Assembly: GCA_913057785.1 (NCBI GenBank)
Contig: CAJXPD010000008.1
Coordinates: forward strand, 4,904-68,903
Origin: an uncultured Lewinella sp.
GTDB lineage: Bacteria > Bacteroidota > Bacteroidia > Chitinophagales > Saprospiraceae
DNA length: 64,000 nucleotides
Reading direction: 5' to 3'
Positions within the stretch are counted from its first letter, which is position 1, and the number at the start of each line of letters is the position of its first letter. Positions 9,076 through 19,581 of the stretch are shown here, in pieces. A program made the translations under genes and the position numbers. The notes beneath the pieces are model-generated. The model made no database searches and was not told where the DNA came from. It worked only from the letters and a program-made list of their open reading frames with translations.

Positions 9076-9834
9076 CTATTCCCAAATGGTACTCAAGTAG
9101 GCCAATTCTTTCCCATCTTCTTCCTTGACCAGCCTATGCTGAAAGTGTCCAGCTTCCTTTTCAAAGCATTGAGAAACGACCCGATCTTCCAGTAAAGCTT
9201 CAGCTTGGTATTGCACTTGCATATCCACCAATTGTTTATGCTCTAGCACGCGCTGGGGTAGACTTTCGAGCATCCATTGGATGTAATAGGTATTGTTTAG
9301 ATGTCTGTTAAAATCCAGGTCATGCCAATTTACACGGAAAGATTTTTCCCAATGAACCTCGTCCATTTCCTTGTCCATTTTGGTATTGACTCTCGGCAAG
9401 TAAGTTTCGGGAGCAGGTAGGCGCTCTTCCAATTTCAGTATAAAGGCGGGAATTCGGGTTAAGCGTCGCGTTTTCGTATTCATCAATAGCCAGGCGGTAC
9501 TCGAAGAAGCAATTTGCTCACCAGATTCATCGAAAATGCGGAAGTCTCGGTAGGTGTATACGCGTTCAAAACCAGAGGGGTGAGTTCTCACTCGAATCTT
9601 TTCTCCCAATCTAGGCAATCGTACGACCTCCATATGATTCCGCATCAATATCCAGGAGATATCATGTGGCTCCAAATCCCAGACCGAAATGCCCAACTTG
9701 ATGACTTGTTCCATTGCTGCCTCCTGCATCAGGCGGACTAGGGCTGGAAGTGTAGCCACCTTTCGACTATCGATATCATAGGTGCGGATCTGAAATTCGG
9801 CCTCGTGTACAATGGGTTTCAGTGGGCTGGTCAT
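9076..9834 (-). CDS. acyl-ACP thioesterase
   Basis: Double hot-dog FatA/FatB-like sequence (IRTYDID.., WHDLDFNRHLNNTYYIQW). The track start 9903 is GTG; I trimmed to ATG at 9834 (MTSPLKPIVHEAEF). Confidence 0.8.
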   Translation of the reverse strand: MTSPLKPIVHEAEFQIRTYDIDSRKVATLPALVRLMQEAAMEQVIKLGISVWDLEPHDISWILMRNHMEVVRLPRLGEKIRVRTHPSGFERVYTYRDFRIFDESGEQIASSSTAWLLMNTKTRRLTRIPAFILKLEERLPAPETYLPRVNTKMDKEMDEVHWEKSFRVNWHDLDFNRHLNNTYYIQWMLESLPQRVLEHKQLVDMQVQYQAEALLEDRVVSQCFEKEAGHFQHRLVKEEDGKELAYLSTIWE

Positions 9835-10189
9835 AATGCAGTGATTCTTTGGCCCAAAAGAAACTAATTTTAAGGGGATAAGCAAATTCACCTTGCTCGC
9901 CACATAGGTTCCGAGTTAGGAAAGGAAGTATATCTGGCAGAAGTGGCCTTCTAAGCCCATCCTTAGGACGATACACCGCTTGAGGCAGAAAGCAGCGATA
10001 AGCCTTCATCTTGACTTAGCTGCCCCTGTTTCCTTATATACTTTGGCGATAAACTTAAGCACAACTGATCAAATTGGTGATTTTGCTGCTGATCCATATA
10101 AAATTCTATTGCCTAAGCGGGGGTAAGGACGCCAACAAAATCATTGAAAAGCGAGTAGCCGTTTATCCACCAATAATTTTAATTCTGGC

Positions 10190-10220
10190 TTTGGTAATTC
10201 AAGGGAAAACCTTACCTTTG
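10190..10220 (+). promoter_or_regulatory. candidate Bacteroidota sigma-A promoter for the ribosomal superoperon
   Basis: TTTG (10190-10193), then 19 nt, then TACCTTTG (10213-10220). This matches the -33 TTTG / -7 TAnnTTTG consensus, ~95 nt upstream of the rpsL ATG. Confidence 0.4.
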
Positions 10221-10314
10221 CAATCGCTTTTGACAGAGGGGTGCCCTCCGTCCATCTTGAAAGAGGTGTTAAGCGAGCGTTAATTAATTGAATTTTAATC
10301 GTAAATGCGAACGT

Positions 10315-10686
10315 ATGCCAACCATTAATCAGCTCGTACGCAAAGGCAGAACACAGGTTATCACAAAAAGCAAGTCTAGAGCTTTGGACGCATGTCCACA
10401 GAAGCGTGGGGTTTGCACGAGAGTATATACTACTACTCCGAAGAAACCTAACTCTGCGTTGCGTAAGGTAGCGAAGGTTCGTCTAACAAATGGCATTGAG
10501 GTGATCGCTTATATCCCAGGAGAGGGGCACAACTTGCAAGAGCACTCTATCGTACTGATTCGCGGTGGTAGGGTAAAAGACTTGCCAGGGGTGCGCTACA
10601 CGATTGTTCGTGGTGCTTTGGATACTGCAGGGGTGAGTGATCGTAAGCAGAGCCGTTCGAAGTACGGAGCTAAGAGACCTAAGTAG
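10315..10686 (+). CDS. rpsL: 30S ribosomal protein S12
   Basis: [22 protein letters not shown]. The track ORF (10288) was trimmed to ATG 10315. Confidence 0.97.
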   Translation: MPTINQLVRKGRTQVITKSKSRALDACPQKRGVCTRVYTTTPKKPNSALRKVAKVRLTNGIEVIAYIPGEGHNLQEHSIVLIRGGRVKDLPGVRYTIVRGALDTAGVSDRKQSRSKYGAKRPK

Positions 10687-10740
10687 TAATTATGTTTCAA
10701 TCATTGTAGGTATTCCTACGGAAACCTCTAATTAAGAGAA

Positions 10741-11208
10741 ATGAGAAAAAGAAAACCAAAATTAAGAATTCCTCAGCCGGATCCACGATACGGTGACCCT
10801 TTAGTAACCCAGTTCGTCAACAACATGATGTGGCAGGGTAAAAAGACTACTGCTTTCCGCATTTTTTATGATGCAATGGACATCATCAAAGATCGCACTA
10901 AGCAGGAAGAGCACGCTATCTGGAAGAAGGCTCTCAATAACGCTATGCCTCAAGTAGAGGTTCGTAGCCGCCGAATTGGTGGTGCTACGTTTCAGATTCC
11001 AACTGAGATTCGCCCTAAGCGTAAAATCTCTATTGGTATGAAATGGCTTATCAAATTTGCCCGTACACGCAGTGGAAAGGGTATGGCTGAAAAATTAGCT
11101 GCAGAGCTAATTGCCGCTAGCAAGGGAGAAGGTGCAGCTGTGAAGCGTAAAGAAGATACGCACAAAATGGCTGAATCTAACCGAGCTTTCGCTCACTTCC
11201 GTGTTTAA
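10741..11208 (+). CDS. rpsG: 30S ribosomal protein S7
   Basis: 155 aa, ..[24 protein letters not shown].., position after rpsL. Confidence 0.97.
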   Translation: MRKRKPKLRIPQPDPRYGDPLVTQFVNNMMWQGKKTTAFRIFYDAMDIIKDRTKQEEHAIWKKALNNAMPQVEVRSRRIGGATFQIPTEIRPKRKISIGMKWLIKFARTRSGKGMAEKLAAELIAASKGEGAAVKRKEDTHKMAESNRAFAHFRV

Positions 11209-11250
11209 TAATTATAATCTTAACCTTTTAAATTCCGTAAAGGAGTAACT

Positions 11251-13386
11251 ATGGCAAAAGATCTCAAATACACGAGAAACATTGGGATTGCTGCTCACAT
11301 TGATGCGGGTAAGACTACGACTACTGAGCGTATTCTATACTACACCGGTATAAGCCATAAGATCGGTGAGGTGCACGATGGTGCTGCTACCATGGACTGG
11401 ATGGAGCAGGAGCAGGAAAGAGGAATTACTATTACTTCGGCTGCCACCAAGACTTCTTGGAAGTGGAAAGACGAAGAATATACGGTTAACATCATTGATA
11501 CTCCAGGTCACGTTGACTTTACTGTTGAAGTAGAGCGCTCACTACGTGTATTGGATGGGGTGGTTGCCCTTTTCTGTGCAGTATCTGGTGTTGAGCCACA
11601 ATCTGAAACTGTTTGGCGTCAAGCTGATCGTTATAAAGTACCAAGAATCGGTTTCGTTAATAAAATGGACCGCTCTGGTGCAGACTTCTTTAATGTAGTG
11701 AATGATGTAAAGGAAAAACTAGGTGCAAACCCAGTGCCTTTGCAAGTGCCAATCGGAGCTGAAGAGCGCTTTAAAGGAGTTGTTGACCTGATTACCAATC
11801 AAGCGATTGTTTGGAATGAGGAAGACAGAGGAATGACTTACGAAGTAATTGACATTCCTGAAGACTTGAAAGATACCGTTGAAGAGTACAGAGAAAAGTT
11901 GTTGGAAGCGGTAGCAGAATATGACGAGTCTTTGATGGAGAAATACTTCGAAGATCCAGATTCAATTTCTGCAGATGAGATTCGTGCGGCTATCCGTGCG
12001 GCAGTGATCGACATGAGCATCATCCCAATGATGTGTGGATCTGCTTTTAAGAATAAAGGAGTTCAAGCTGCTCTTGATGCAGTATGTTCTTTCTTACCTT
12101 CTCCTGTAGATGTTGATGCGATCGAAGGTACTGATCCTCGTACAGATGAGCCTGTTACTAGAAAGCCTAGCAATGATGAGCCTTTCGCAGCATTGGCCTT
12201 CAAAATTGCTACCGACCCTTACGTTGGTCGTTTGGCCTTCTTCCGTGTGTACTCTGGTACATTAGATGCTGGTTCATATGTCATGAATACACGTTCTGGT
12301 AAGAAAGAGAGAATCTCTCGTTTGTACCAGATGCACTCCAACAAGCAAAATGCAGTACCCGGCGTTCAAGCTGGAGACATCGCAGCAGCTGTTGGTTTCA
12401 AAGACTTGAGAACAGGGGATACGATTTGTGCAGTTGATAAGCCAATCGTACTGGAGAGCATGACTTTCCCAGAGCCTGTGATCGGGGTGGCTGTAGAGCC
12501 AAAATCTCAGAAAGACTTGGACAAGTTGGGTATGGCTTTGGCCAAATTGGCTGAAGAGGATCCTACTTTCCGCGTACGATACGACGAAGACACTAACCAA
12601 ACCGTAATCAGCGGTATGGGTGAGCTTCACTTGGAAATCATTGTTGACCGTTTGAGAAGAGAGTTTAAAGTAGAGTGTAACCAAGGTCAACCTCAGGTAA
12701 ATTACAAAGAAGCACTTACCAAAACTGTTGAACACCGTGAGCGCTTGAAAAAGCAAACGGGTGGTTCTGGTTTGTTCGCCGATATGGAATTCGAATTAGG
12801 CCCAGCCGATGAAGAATTCTTGGAAAGCGAAGACTTCAAGAATGGTAAGACTAAGTTGCAGTTCGAGTGGGGTATCGTTGGTGGTGCTATCGACAAGAAC
12901 TACGTCAAGCCAATTAGGGACGGATTCACTGCGATGATGGACAATGGTATCCTTGCTGGCTACAGCATCGATAGCATGAAAGTTAGAGTATTTGATGGAT
13001 CTATGCACGCGGTTGACTCGAAACCTATTGCCTTCGAACTTTGTGCGAAGGAAGGATTCAAAGCAGCAGCAGGTAGAGCAAAATCTGTACTTCTTGAGCC
13101 AATCATGAAGCTCGAGGTTGTAACTCCTGAAGAATACGTTGGACCTGTAATCGGTGACTTGAACCGTCGTCGTGGTCTTCCTAAGAATCAGGAAGCTCGT
13201 ATGGGGGGAGCAGTAGCCATCCAGGCTGATGTACCTCTATCAGAAATGTTCGGTTATGTAACTTCACTTCGTACGATTACTTCTGGTCGTGCAAGTTCTA
13301 CGATGGAATTCTCTCACTATGCGGAGGCTCCTCAAGGGATTGCTAAAGAAGTAATTGAAAAAGCAAGAGGAGAAGTTAAAGTATAA
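11251..13386 (+). CDS. fusA: elongation factor G
   Basis: 711 aa. G-domain motifs [21 protein letters not shown]. Confidence 0.98.
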   Translation: MAKDLKYTRNIGIAAHIDAGKTTTTERILYYTGISHKIGEVHDGAATMDWMEQEQERGITITSAATKTSWKWKDEEYTVNIIDTPGHVDFTVEVERSLRVLDGVVALFCAVSGVEPQSETVWRQADRYKVPRIGFVNKMDRSGADFFNVVNDVKEKLGANPVPLQVPIGAEERFKGVVDLITNQAIVWNEEDRGMTYEVIDIPEDLKDTVEEYREKLLEAVAEYDESLMEKYFEDPDSISADEIRAAIRAAVIDMSIIPMMCGSAFKNKGVQAALDAVCSFLPSPVDVDAIEGTDPRTDEPVTRKPSNDEPFAALAFKIATDPYVGRLAFFRVYSGTLDAGSYVMNTRSGKKERISRLYQMHSNKQNAVPGVQAGDIAAAVGFKDLRTGDTICAVDKPIVLESMTFPEPVIGVAVEPKSQKDLDKLGMALAKLAEEDPTFRVRYDEDTNQTVISGMGELHLEIIVDRLRREFKVECNQGQPQVNYKEALTKTVEHRERLKKQTGGSGLFADMEFELGPADEEFLESEDFKNGKTKLQFEWGIVGGAIDKNYVKPIRDGFTAMMDNGILAGYSIDSMKVRVFDGSMHAVDSKPIAFELCAKEGFKAAAGRAKSVLLEPIMKLEVVTPEEYVGPVIGDLNRRRGLPKNQEARMGGAVAIQADVPLSEMFGYVTSLRTITSGRASSTMEFSHYAEAPQGIAKEVIEKARGEVKV

Positions 13387-13393
13387 GAATAGC

Positions 13394-13432
13394 ATGTGGT
13401 TATTGGCTGGCGAAAGCTGCCAGTAACCACAT
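13394..13432 (+). other. strong stem-loop after the fusA stop
   Basis: ATGTGGTTA...TAACCACAT outer 9-bp stem with an inner CTGGC/GCCAG stem. No downstream T-tract, so not a canonical terminator. Confidence 0.5.
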
Positions 13433-13518
13433 CTTGATAATAAGATACACGTACAGACTACTACGTTACTTTTAGTATAGCAGAAAGACGTTTTTATCAA
13501 AAACATTTTAATTCAGGC

Positions 13519-13827
13519 ATGAATCAGAAAATCAGAATCAAACTCCGTTCTTACGACCATAATTTAGTAGACAAGTCTACTGAAAAGATCGTTAAAACAG
13601 TTCGGAATAGTGGTGCTGTCGTTACTGGTCCGATTCCGCTGCCCACCGAGAAGAAAATCTTTACCGTGCTCCGTTCACCGCACGTCAATAAGAAATCTCG
13701 CGAGCAGTTCCAGTTGCGTACACACAAACGCCTCATTGAAATCTATACTCCTACACAGAAAACAGTGGACGCTCTGTCCAAATTGGAATTGCCAAGCGGG
13801 GTAGATATTCAAGTGAAATTGACGTGA
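13519..13827 (+). CDS. rpsJ: 30S ribosomal protein S10
   Basis: 102 aa, [24 protein letters not shown]. Confidence 0.97.
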   Translation: MNQKIRIKLRSYDHNLVDKSTEKIVKTVRNSGAVVTGPIPLPTEKKIFTVLRSPHVNKKSREQFQLRTHKRLIEIYTPTQKTVDALSKLELPSGVDIQVKLT

Positions 13828-14189
13828 TAATAAACGACGGAGCTTTACAGGAAAGGTTTTCCTTACCAATCTTGTAATCCTGTCCATTTTTTGTAAAGTC
13901 TGAAGATGCTAGATGTTAGATATTAGGCGCTTGTCCTAATAGATTCGAAGTGAGCTGGATTTTGCGCTTTCCGCCATCATTCCTCGCCATTTTGGATCAA
14001 GACAGAGGTAGAAACTAGATGTCCACGAGCTGATCGTTATAGTGAGTTTTCGTATATGGCATCCAAGTCTGTTATCTAATATCTGCTGGTTGATAACCCT
14101 GCTAAAGCTAGGTCTATCAACGGCGATCTAGAGTCTGTCATCTTTGAGTTCCTCAGCCTCCATACTGAGGTCCATAAAAAGAAAAACTG

Positions 14190-14810
14190 ATGAACGGATT
14201 AATCGGAAAAAAGATCGGAATGACCAGCGTTTATAATGACGCGGGTCGTAATGTGCCATGCACGGTAATCGAGGTGGGCCCCTGTGTTGTGACCCAGGTT
14301 AAGACAGCTGAATCCGATGGCTACAGCGCTATCCAAGTCGGTTTTAGCGAAGCTAAAGCTAAAAATACTTCCAAAGCCCTTCAAGGACATTTTGACAACG
14401 CCAAAACTACTCCAAAACGTAAAGTGGCTGAGTTTCGCGATTTCGAAACGGAAAAAACCTTAGGTGAGACGATCACTGTTGACGAGGTTTTTGAAGAAGG
14501 AGATTTCGTAAACGCAATTGGTACTTCCAAGGGTAAAGGTTTCCAGGGGGTTGTTAAAAGACACGGCTTTGCGGGTGTAAATGACGCCACGCACGGTCAG
14601 CACAACCGTCAACGTGCCCCAGGTTCTATTGGTGCGGCTTCTTATCCAGCCAAAGTTTTCAAAGGTATGCGTATGGCAGGTCGCGATGGTGGCCGTCAAG
14701 TGAAGATTCAAAACCTTGAGGTAGTGAAGATCTTCCCAGAGCGTAACCTGATTTTGGTGAAGGGAGCAGTCCCAGGCCATAAAGGAGCCTACGTTATTCT
14801 TGAAAAGTAA
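14190..14810 (+). CDS. rplC: 50S ribosomal protein L3
   Basis: 206 aa, [20 protein letters not shown]. Confidence 0.97.
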   Translation: MNGLIGKKIGMTSVYNDAGRNVPCTVIEVGPCVVTQVKTAESDGYSAIQVGFSEAKAKNTSKALQGHFDNAKTTPKRKVAEFRDFETEKTLGETITVDEVFEEGDFVNAIGTSKGKGFQGVVKRHGFAGVNDATHGQHNRQRAPGSIGAASYPAKVFKGMRMAGRDGGRQVKIQNLEVVKIFPERNLILVKGAVPGHKGAYVILEK

Positions 14811-14864
14811 TTATTAATGGTGTCTCGCGAATTTCGATTGGCGAACGCATTAACGCGATAAAAA

Positions 14865-15497
14865 ATGAAGCTCGAGGTTTTAAATATTCAAGGCGAGAAA
14901 ACAGGGAGATCCGTGGATCTACCAGAAGATATTTTTGGTATCGAACCCAATGAGCACGCGGTGTACTTGGCTGTAAAGCAATTCTTGGCTAACCAAAGAC
15001 AAGGAACGCACAAAGCCAAAGAACGTGGCGAGGTCGCTGGTTCTACCCGCAAACTTAAGCGCCAAAAGGGAACGGGTACAGCTCGTGCTGGTGATATCAA
15101 AAATCCCGTCTTCAGAGGAGGTGGACGTATTTTCGGTCCAAGACCGCGAAAATATACCGTTCGCTTGAACAAGAAGGTGAAGAGATTGGCTAGAAAATCT
15201 GCTTTGTCTGATAAGGCAGCAGCTGGTAATATCTTGATCGTAGAGGACTTCTCCTTTGAAGCGCCAAAAACAAAAGAGTTTATCAATATTCTTCAGCAGC
15301 TTGATGTGAACGGTCAGAAAACGATCCTAGTCACTTCGGATTTCGAAAAAGAGGTCTACCTATCTAGCCGCAACGTGCCTAAAACGGAGACAGTGCGTGC
15401 TACGGACCTTAATACTTACGAGATCATGAACGCGGGTAAGTTGATCCTTTCCGAAGGAGCCGTGGAGAAGATTAAAGAAACCTTTGCAAACGCATAA
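14865..15497 (+). CDS. rplD: 50S ribosomal protein L4
   Basis: 210 aa, ..RQGTHKAKERGEVAGSTRKLKRQKGTGTAR.. Confidence 0.97.
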   Translation: MKLEVLNIQGEKTGRSVDLPEDIFGIEPNEHAVYLAVKQFLANQRQGTHKAKERGEVAGSTRKLKRQKGTGTARAGDIKNPVFRGGGRIFGPRPRKYTVRLNKKVKRLARKSALSDKAAAGNILIVEDFSFEAPKTKEFINILQQLDVNGQKTILVTSDFEKEVYLSSRNVPKTETVRATDLNTYEIMNAGKLILSEGAVEKIKETFANA

Positions 15498-15499
15498 TC

Positions 15500-15796
15500 A
15501 TGGCTAAGACAGTATTAGTAAAACCGATCATTACGGAAAAGGCGGAAGGCTTGTCTGACAGCTTGAATCAATATTCTTTCGTTGTCGATCGCAAAGCCAA
15601 TAAGATCGAAATCCGTAAGGCGGTAGAAGAAATGTATGGCGTGACGGTTGACTCCGTTAACACAATGATCATGCCTGCTAAGACTAAAAATCGTACTACT
15701 CGATCTGGATATGTACGCGGACGGGTTTCTTCTTACAAGAAAGCCATCATTACATTGACAGAAGGAGAAGAGATAGATTTCTTTGGTGACATTTAA
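15500..15796 (+). CDS. rplW: 50S ribosomal protein L23
   Basis: 98 aa, conserved order L4-L23-L2. Confidence 0.95.
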   Translation: MAKTVLVKPIITEKAEGLSDSLNQYSFVVDRKANKIEIRKAVEEMYGVTVDSVNTMIMPAKTKNRTTRSGYVRGRVSSYKKAIITLTEGEEIDFFGDI

Positions 15797-15961
15797 GTTC
15801 ATTCATTGAGTGTGGAACTAGTTCCTTAAGTCACCAAGGGGAATGTATAATTGAGAGTGTATAATGAATAGATTTCCATCCTTCATTTTTCATTCATAAT
15901 TTTTCATTCTTCATTACAAGGGCTAGGCTCCGAAATTCAATGTCTAATAAATTTTTAAGTA

Positions 15962-16798
15962 ATGCCAGTTAAAAAGTATAATCCGATTACGCCGGGTACT
16001 CGAACGAGAGTAGGGAATGCTTATACGGAGATTACGACGAATAAGCCGGAAAAGACCCTATTGGCACCTTTACACAAGTCGGGTGGACGTAACCACGACG
16101 GTAAAATGACGGTACGCCAAAGAGGTGGTGGACACAAGCGTCGTTACCGTGTGATTGACTTCAAGAGAGATAAGGATGGAGTAGTAGGAACAGTGAAGTC
16201 AATTGAGTATGATCCAAACCGTACGGCTTTTATCGCTTTGATCGAGTATACGGATGGTGAGAAGAGATACATCGTTGCTCCTAATGGCTTGAAGGTAGGT
16301 GCGGAGATTGTATCTGGAGCAGGAGCGGCACCAACTGTTGGTAATGCCCTTTATTTGAAAGATATTCCTTTCGGTGTAGTTATTCACGCGATTGAGATGC
16401 AGCCTGGAAGAGGAGCTGCTTTGGCTAGAAGTGCAGGTACAAAAGGTACCTTGAAAGGTAGAGAAGGAAAATATGCCATTATTGAGTTGCCATCAGGTGA
16501 GGTGCGCAGAATTCTACAAACTTGTAAAGCGACTATCGGTTCTACCTCTAACCCAGACCACGGTCTACAGGTACTAGGTAAAGCAGGTCGTAAGCGTTGG
16601 TTAGGAAGAAGACCTCGAGTAAGAGGTGTAGCCATGAACCCAGTAGATCACCCAATGGGTGGTGGTGAAGGCCGTGCTTCTGGAGGACACCCACGTTCTA
16701 GAACAGGTATCATGGCCAAAGGTCAGAAAACCCGTAACAACAAGAAGTACTCTACGAGCCTGATCATTTCTAAGCGTAAATCGAAATCAAGAAAATAA
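15962..16798 (+). CDS. rplB: 50S ribosomal protein L2
   Basis: 278 aa, ..[22 protein letters not shown].. Confidence 0.98.
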   Translation: MPVKKYNPITPGTRTRVGNAYTEITTNKPEKTLLAPLHKSGGRNHDGKMTVRQRGGGHKRRYRVIDFKRDKDGVVGTVKSIEYDPNRTAFIALIEYTDGEKRYIVAPNGLKVGAEIVSGAGAAPTVGNALYLKDIPFGVVIHAIEMQPGRGAALARSAGTKGTLKGREGKYAIIELPSGEVRRILQTCKATIGSTSNPDHGLQVLGKAGRKRWLGRRPRVRGVAMNPVDHPMGGGEGRASGGHPRSRTGIMAKGQKTRNNKKYSTSLIISKRKSKSRK

Positions 16799-16808
16799 TA
16801 GCTAGATA

Positions 16809-17078
16809 ATGGCAAGATCAATAAAAAAAGGCCCCTACGTCTTTCACAAGTTGTTGGATAAAGTGGCTAAAGCTAAGGAATCAAAGAAGAAGATGGTGAT
16901 CAAAACTTGGTCTCGTTCTTCAATGATCATTCCTGATATGGTTGGTGAGACTATTGCCGTTCACAATGGCAAAACTTTCATCCCCGTATTTGTAACGGAA
17001 AACATGGTGGGACACAAATTGGGTGAATTTTCTCCAACCCGCAACTTTAGAGGTCACTCCGGTAACCGTAAGAAATAA
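16809..17078 (+). CDS. rpsS: 30S ribosomal protein S19
   Basis: 89 aa, [19 protein letters not shown]. Confidence 0.97.
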   Translation: MARSIKKGPYVFHKLLDKVAKAKESKKKMVIKTWSRSSMIIPDMVGETIAVHNGKTFIPVFVTENMVGHKLGEFSPTRNFRGHSGNRKK

Positions 17079-17125
17079 TTGTTAAGTCGATTGGAGCAAT
17101 CCAATTCATCATAATTAATCAAATT

Positions 17126-17554
17126 ATGGAAGCAATAGCCAAACTCAAGAATGTCCCCATGTCAGCGCGCAAAATGCGCCTAGTGGTGGATAATATCAGA
17201 GGAAAAGATGTGGATGAGGCTTTGGATATCCTTCGCTTCACCAAGAAGGAGGCAGCAAGCTGGCTGGAAAAACTGCTACTATCTGCTATCGCCAACTGGG
17301 AATACAAGTTGGATGGCCTGGAAAGTGCAGATGACTACGAATTGTACGTCAAGACGATCTTCTCTGATGAAGGTGCACAGCTAAAACGTTTCCGTCCTGC
17401 TCCTCACGGTAGAGCGCACCGAATTCGCAAGCGCACGAACCACGTCACTCTCATTGTTGAAAACCGTATCCCAGTTGCTCAGGATGAAGCCGGCGACGAT
17501 GATGCAGAGATCGAAGAGGTGATCGAAGCAGTTGAGGAAACAGCTGACGAATAA
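17126..17554 (+). CDS. rplV: 50S ribosomal protein L22 (with acidic C-terminal tail)
   Basis: 142 aa, ..[14 protein letters not shown]... Tail [23 protein letters not shown]. Confidence 0.95.
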   Translation: MEAIAKLKNVPMSARKMRLVVDNIRGKDVDEALDILRFTKKEAASWLEKLLLSAIANWEYKLDGLESADDYELYVKTIFSDEGAQLKRFRPAPHGRAHRIRKRTNHVTLIVENRIPVAQDEAGDDDAEIEEVIEAVEETADE

Positions 17555-17586
17555 GCTATTTAAAAAAACATTTATACACCATAGAT

Positions 17587-18357
17587 ATGGGTCAAAAGAC
17601 AAATCCAATTGGTAATCGTTTAGGTATCATCAAGGGATGGGAATCTAACTGGTTCGGTGACAAGGACTATGCCCAGAAGGTAGTTGAGGATGAGCATATC
17701 CGCAAATACTTGGAGGCACGGGTACACAAAGGTGGTATCGCTCGTATCATCATCGAGCGTACACTAAAGCGTATCACAGTTACAATTCACACATCTCGTC
17801 CTGGTATCATTATCGGTAAGGGAGGTCAAGAGGTAGATAGAATTCGTGAGGAGTTGAAAAAACTCACTGGAAAGGACGTCCAAATCAATATCGTAGAAAT
17901 CCGCAAGCCAGAGCTTGACGCAGCTATCGTAGCTGAATCTATCGCCAAGCAATTGGAAGCGAGAATTAACTATCGTCGTGCGATTAAGATGGCTATCCAG
18001 TCTACCATTCGTGCCGGTGCAGAAGGGATTAAGGTGAGAATTGCTGGCCGTTTGAATGGTTCTGATATGGCTCGTTCGGAGGAATACAAAGAAGGACGTA
18101 CTCCTTTGCACACCTTCCGAGCAGATATCGACTATGCTTTGAAAGAGGCCTTGACCGTATACGGTATCATTGGTATCAAAGTATGGATCTGTAAAGGAGA
18201 GGTACTTGGAAAACGTGACTTGTCTCCAAACGTCGGCGTGCAACAGAAAGGTGGAAGAGGTGACCGCAGAGGTGGTGGAAGAGGCGACCGTAGAGGTGGC
18301 GGAAGAGGTGGCGATCGCAGAGGCGGTGGCGGCGGAAGAAACCAAAGAAGAGGTTAG
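17587..18357 (+). CDS. rpsC: 30S ribosomal protein S3 (with RGG-repeat C-terminal tail)
   Basis: 256 aa, [13 protein letters not shown].., KH domain. Tail [35 protein letters not shown]. Confidence 0.97.
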   Translation: MGQKTNPIGNRLGIIKGWESNWFGDKDYAQKVVEDEHIRKYLEARVHKGGIARIIIERTLKRITVTIHTSRPGIIIGKGGQEVDRIREELKKLTGKDVQINIVEIRKPELDAAIVAESIAKQLEARINYRRAIKMAIQSTIRAGAEGIKVRIAGRLNGSDMARSEEYKEGRTPLHTFRADIDYALKEALTVYGIIGIKVWICKGEVLGKRDLSPNVGVQQKGGRGDRRGGGRGDRRGGGRGGDRRGGGGGRNQRRG

Positions 18358-18377
18358 AATAATTAACAAAAATGCCT

Positions 18378-18385
18378 TACCTTTG
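18378..18385 (+). promoter_or_regulatory. candidate internal -7 promoter box (TACCTTTG) upstream of rplP
   Basis: The 13-mer CCTTACCTTTGCA (18375-18387) is identical to the one upstream of rpsL (10210-10222). It lies in the 94-nt rpsC-rplP spacer. The -33 element is weak (TTAG). Confidence 0.3.
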
Positions 18386-18451
18386 CACAGCTTTTTCGGA
18401 AGCTGGCCCTTAAAGGCATTTTTCGGACTCATATCGTAAAATATTACGACC

Positions 18452-18874
18452 ATGTTACAGCCAAAAAGAACAAAGTATCGCAAGCAGCAGAAGGGGAGAA
18501 ACAATGGGATCGCCTACAAAGGTAGCTCTGTTGATTTCGGTTCCTTTGGGTTGAAAAGCCTGGATCGCGGACGGATTACTAACCGCCAGATTGAGGCGGC
18601 TCGTATTGCCATGACGCGATATATGAAAAGGGAAGGAAAGGTTTGGATCCGAATTTTCCCTGACAAGCCAATCACTGCCAAGCCTCAGGAGGTACGGATG
18701 GGTAAAGGTAAAGGTAACCTTGACCACTATGTAGCAGAGGTGAAGCCAGGACGCATCATGTTCGAACTTGATGGTGTGCCTCGTGAAGTGGCTGTTGAAG
18801 CCTTGCGATTAGCAGCACAGAAGCTGCCTGTGAAGACTAAGACAGTTACTCGCCCAGATTACGTTGGCGAATAA
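18452..18874 (+). CDS. rplP: 50S ribosomal protein L16
   Basis: 140 aa, [15 protein letters not shown].. Confidence 0.97.
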   Translation: MLQPKRTKYRKQQKGRNNGIAYKGSSVDFGSFGLKSLDRGRITNRQIEAARIAMTRYMKREGKVWIRIFPDKPITAKPQEVRMGKGKGNLDHYVAEVKPGRIMFELDGVPREVAVEALRLAAQKLPVKTKTVTRPDYVGE

Positions 18875-18906
18875 CAAGTTGTTGTTAAACAATTAATTGT
18901 ATTTAA

Positions 18907-19167
18907 ATGGCAAGCAAGAAATTCCTGGAGCTTCAAGGATTCAGTGAGGCAGAATTGACCAGCGAACTTGAGGCTACTGAAACGCAATATCAAAAGCTCA
19001 AGTTTGACCACGCCATCAAAGGACTAGACAATCCAATCCTTTTGCGTGAGATTAGACGCGATATCGCCAGATTGCAGACGGAGATCCGTCGCAGAGAGTT
19101 GGCGGCTTGTTCTGAGGAAGAATTGAGCAATCGTTCAAAAATTAGGGCTAGAAGACGCCGTAAATAA
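18907..19167 (+). CDS. rpmC: 50S ribosomal protein L29 (extended C-terminus)
   Basis: 86 aa, ..LTSELEATETQYQKLKFDHAIKGLDNP.., order L16-L29-S17. Confidence 0.9.
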   Translation: MASKKFLELQGFSEAELTSELEATETQYQKLKFDHAIKGLDNPILLREIRRDIARLQTEIRRRELAACSEEELSNRSKIRARRRRK

Positions 19168-19175
19168 ATTGACCA

Positions 19176-19433
19176 ATGGCAGAAAGAAATGTTCGAAAGA
19201 CTCGTACCGGGGTGGTTACCAGCAACAAGATGGATAAAACTATTGCTGTGAGTGTGGAGCGTCGTCTTCAGCACCCGATTTACGGTAAGTTCGTGAAAAA
19301 ATCCAAGAAATTCATCGCTCACGACGAGCAGAATCAGTGTAACATTGGAGACCGTGTTCGCATTATGGAAACACGTCCTCTAAGTAAGCGTAAGCGCTGG
19401 AGATTGGTTGAAATCCTTGAGAGAGCAAAATAA
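19176..19433 (+). CDS. rpsQ: 30S ribosomal protein S17
   Basis: 85 aa, ..[18 protein letters not shown]...HP.YGK.. Confidence 0.96.
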   Translation: MAERNVRKTRTGVVTSNKMDKTIAVSVERRLQHPIYGKFVKKSKKFIAHDEQNQCNIGDRVRIMETRPLSKRKRWRLVEILERAK

Positions 19434-19581
19434 TTGACGTACTCGTTGGATATTGCTTTTGTGATGTTTAATGAAAGATGTTCAATGGATAATGGCAAAC
19501 CCAATTATTCATTCAACACTAAAAAATTATTCATTATTAAAGGTTAATCCCAGTACAAACTTATCATAAACTGAACGTGTC

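Noticed and set aside
10288-10314. N-terminal extensions proposed by the ORF track (rpsL 10288, infA 26533, map 25652, 33471, 34824, 38290, 40291, 41408, 44738, 48021, 60590, 9903, 891)
   Set aside because: The extensions begin at non-ATG codons or add residues upstream of canonical N-termini or signal peptides. Several run through hairpins or a preceding gene. I used the internal ATG that restores the conserved N-terminus or signal peptide.
12274-12756. 160-aa minus-strand ORF inside fusA, plus other antisense or off-frame ORFs in ribosomal genes (e.g. 14460-14780, 14888-15286, 15515-15802, 18990-19322, 20942-21235, 22018-22389, 22774-23067)
   Set aside because: All lie entirely within or across unmistakable conserved genes on the other strand or frame and have no recognisable motifs.
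17764-18504. 246-aa minus-strand ORF covering rpsC and the start of rplP
   Set aside because: It is antisense to two highly conserved ribosomal protein genes. Its Ser/Thr/Ala-rich low-complexity stretch is the mirror image of the S3 RGG tail. Shadow ORF.
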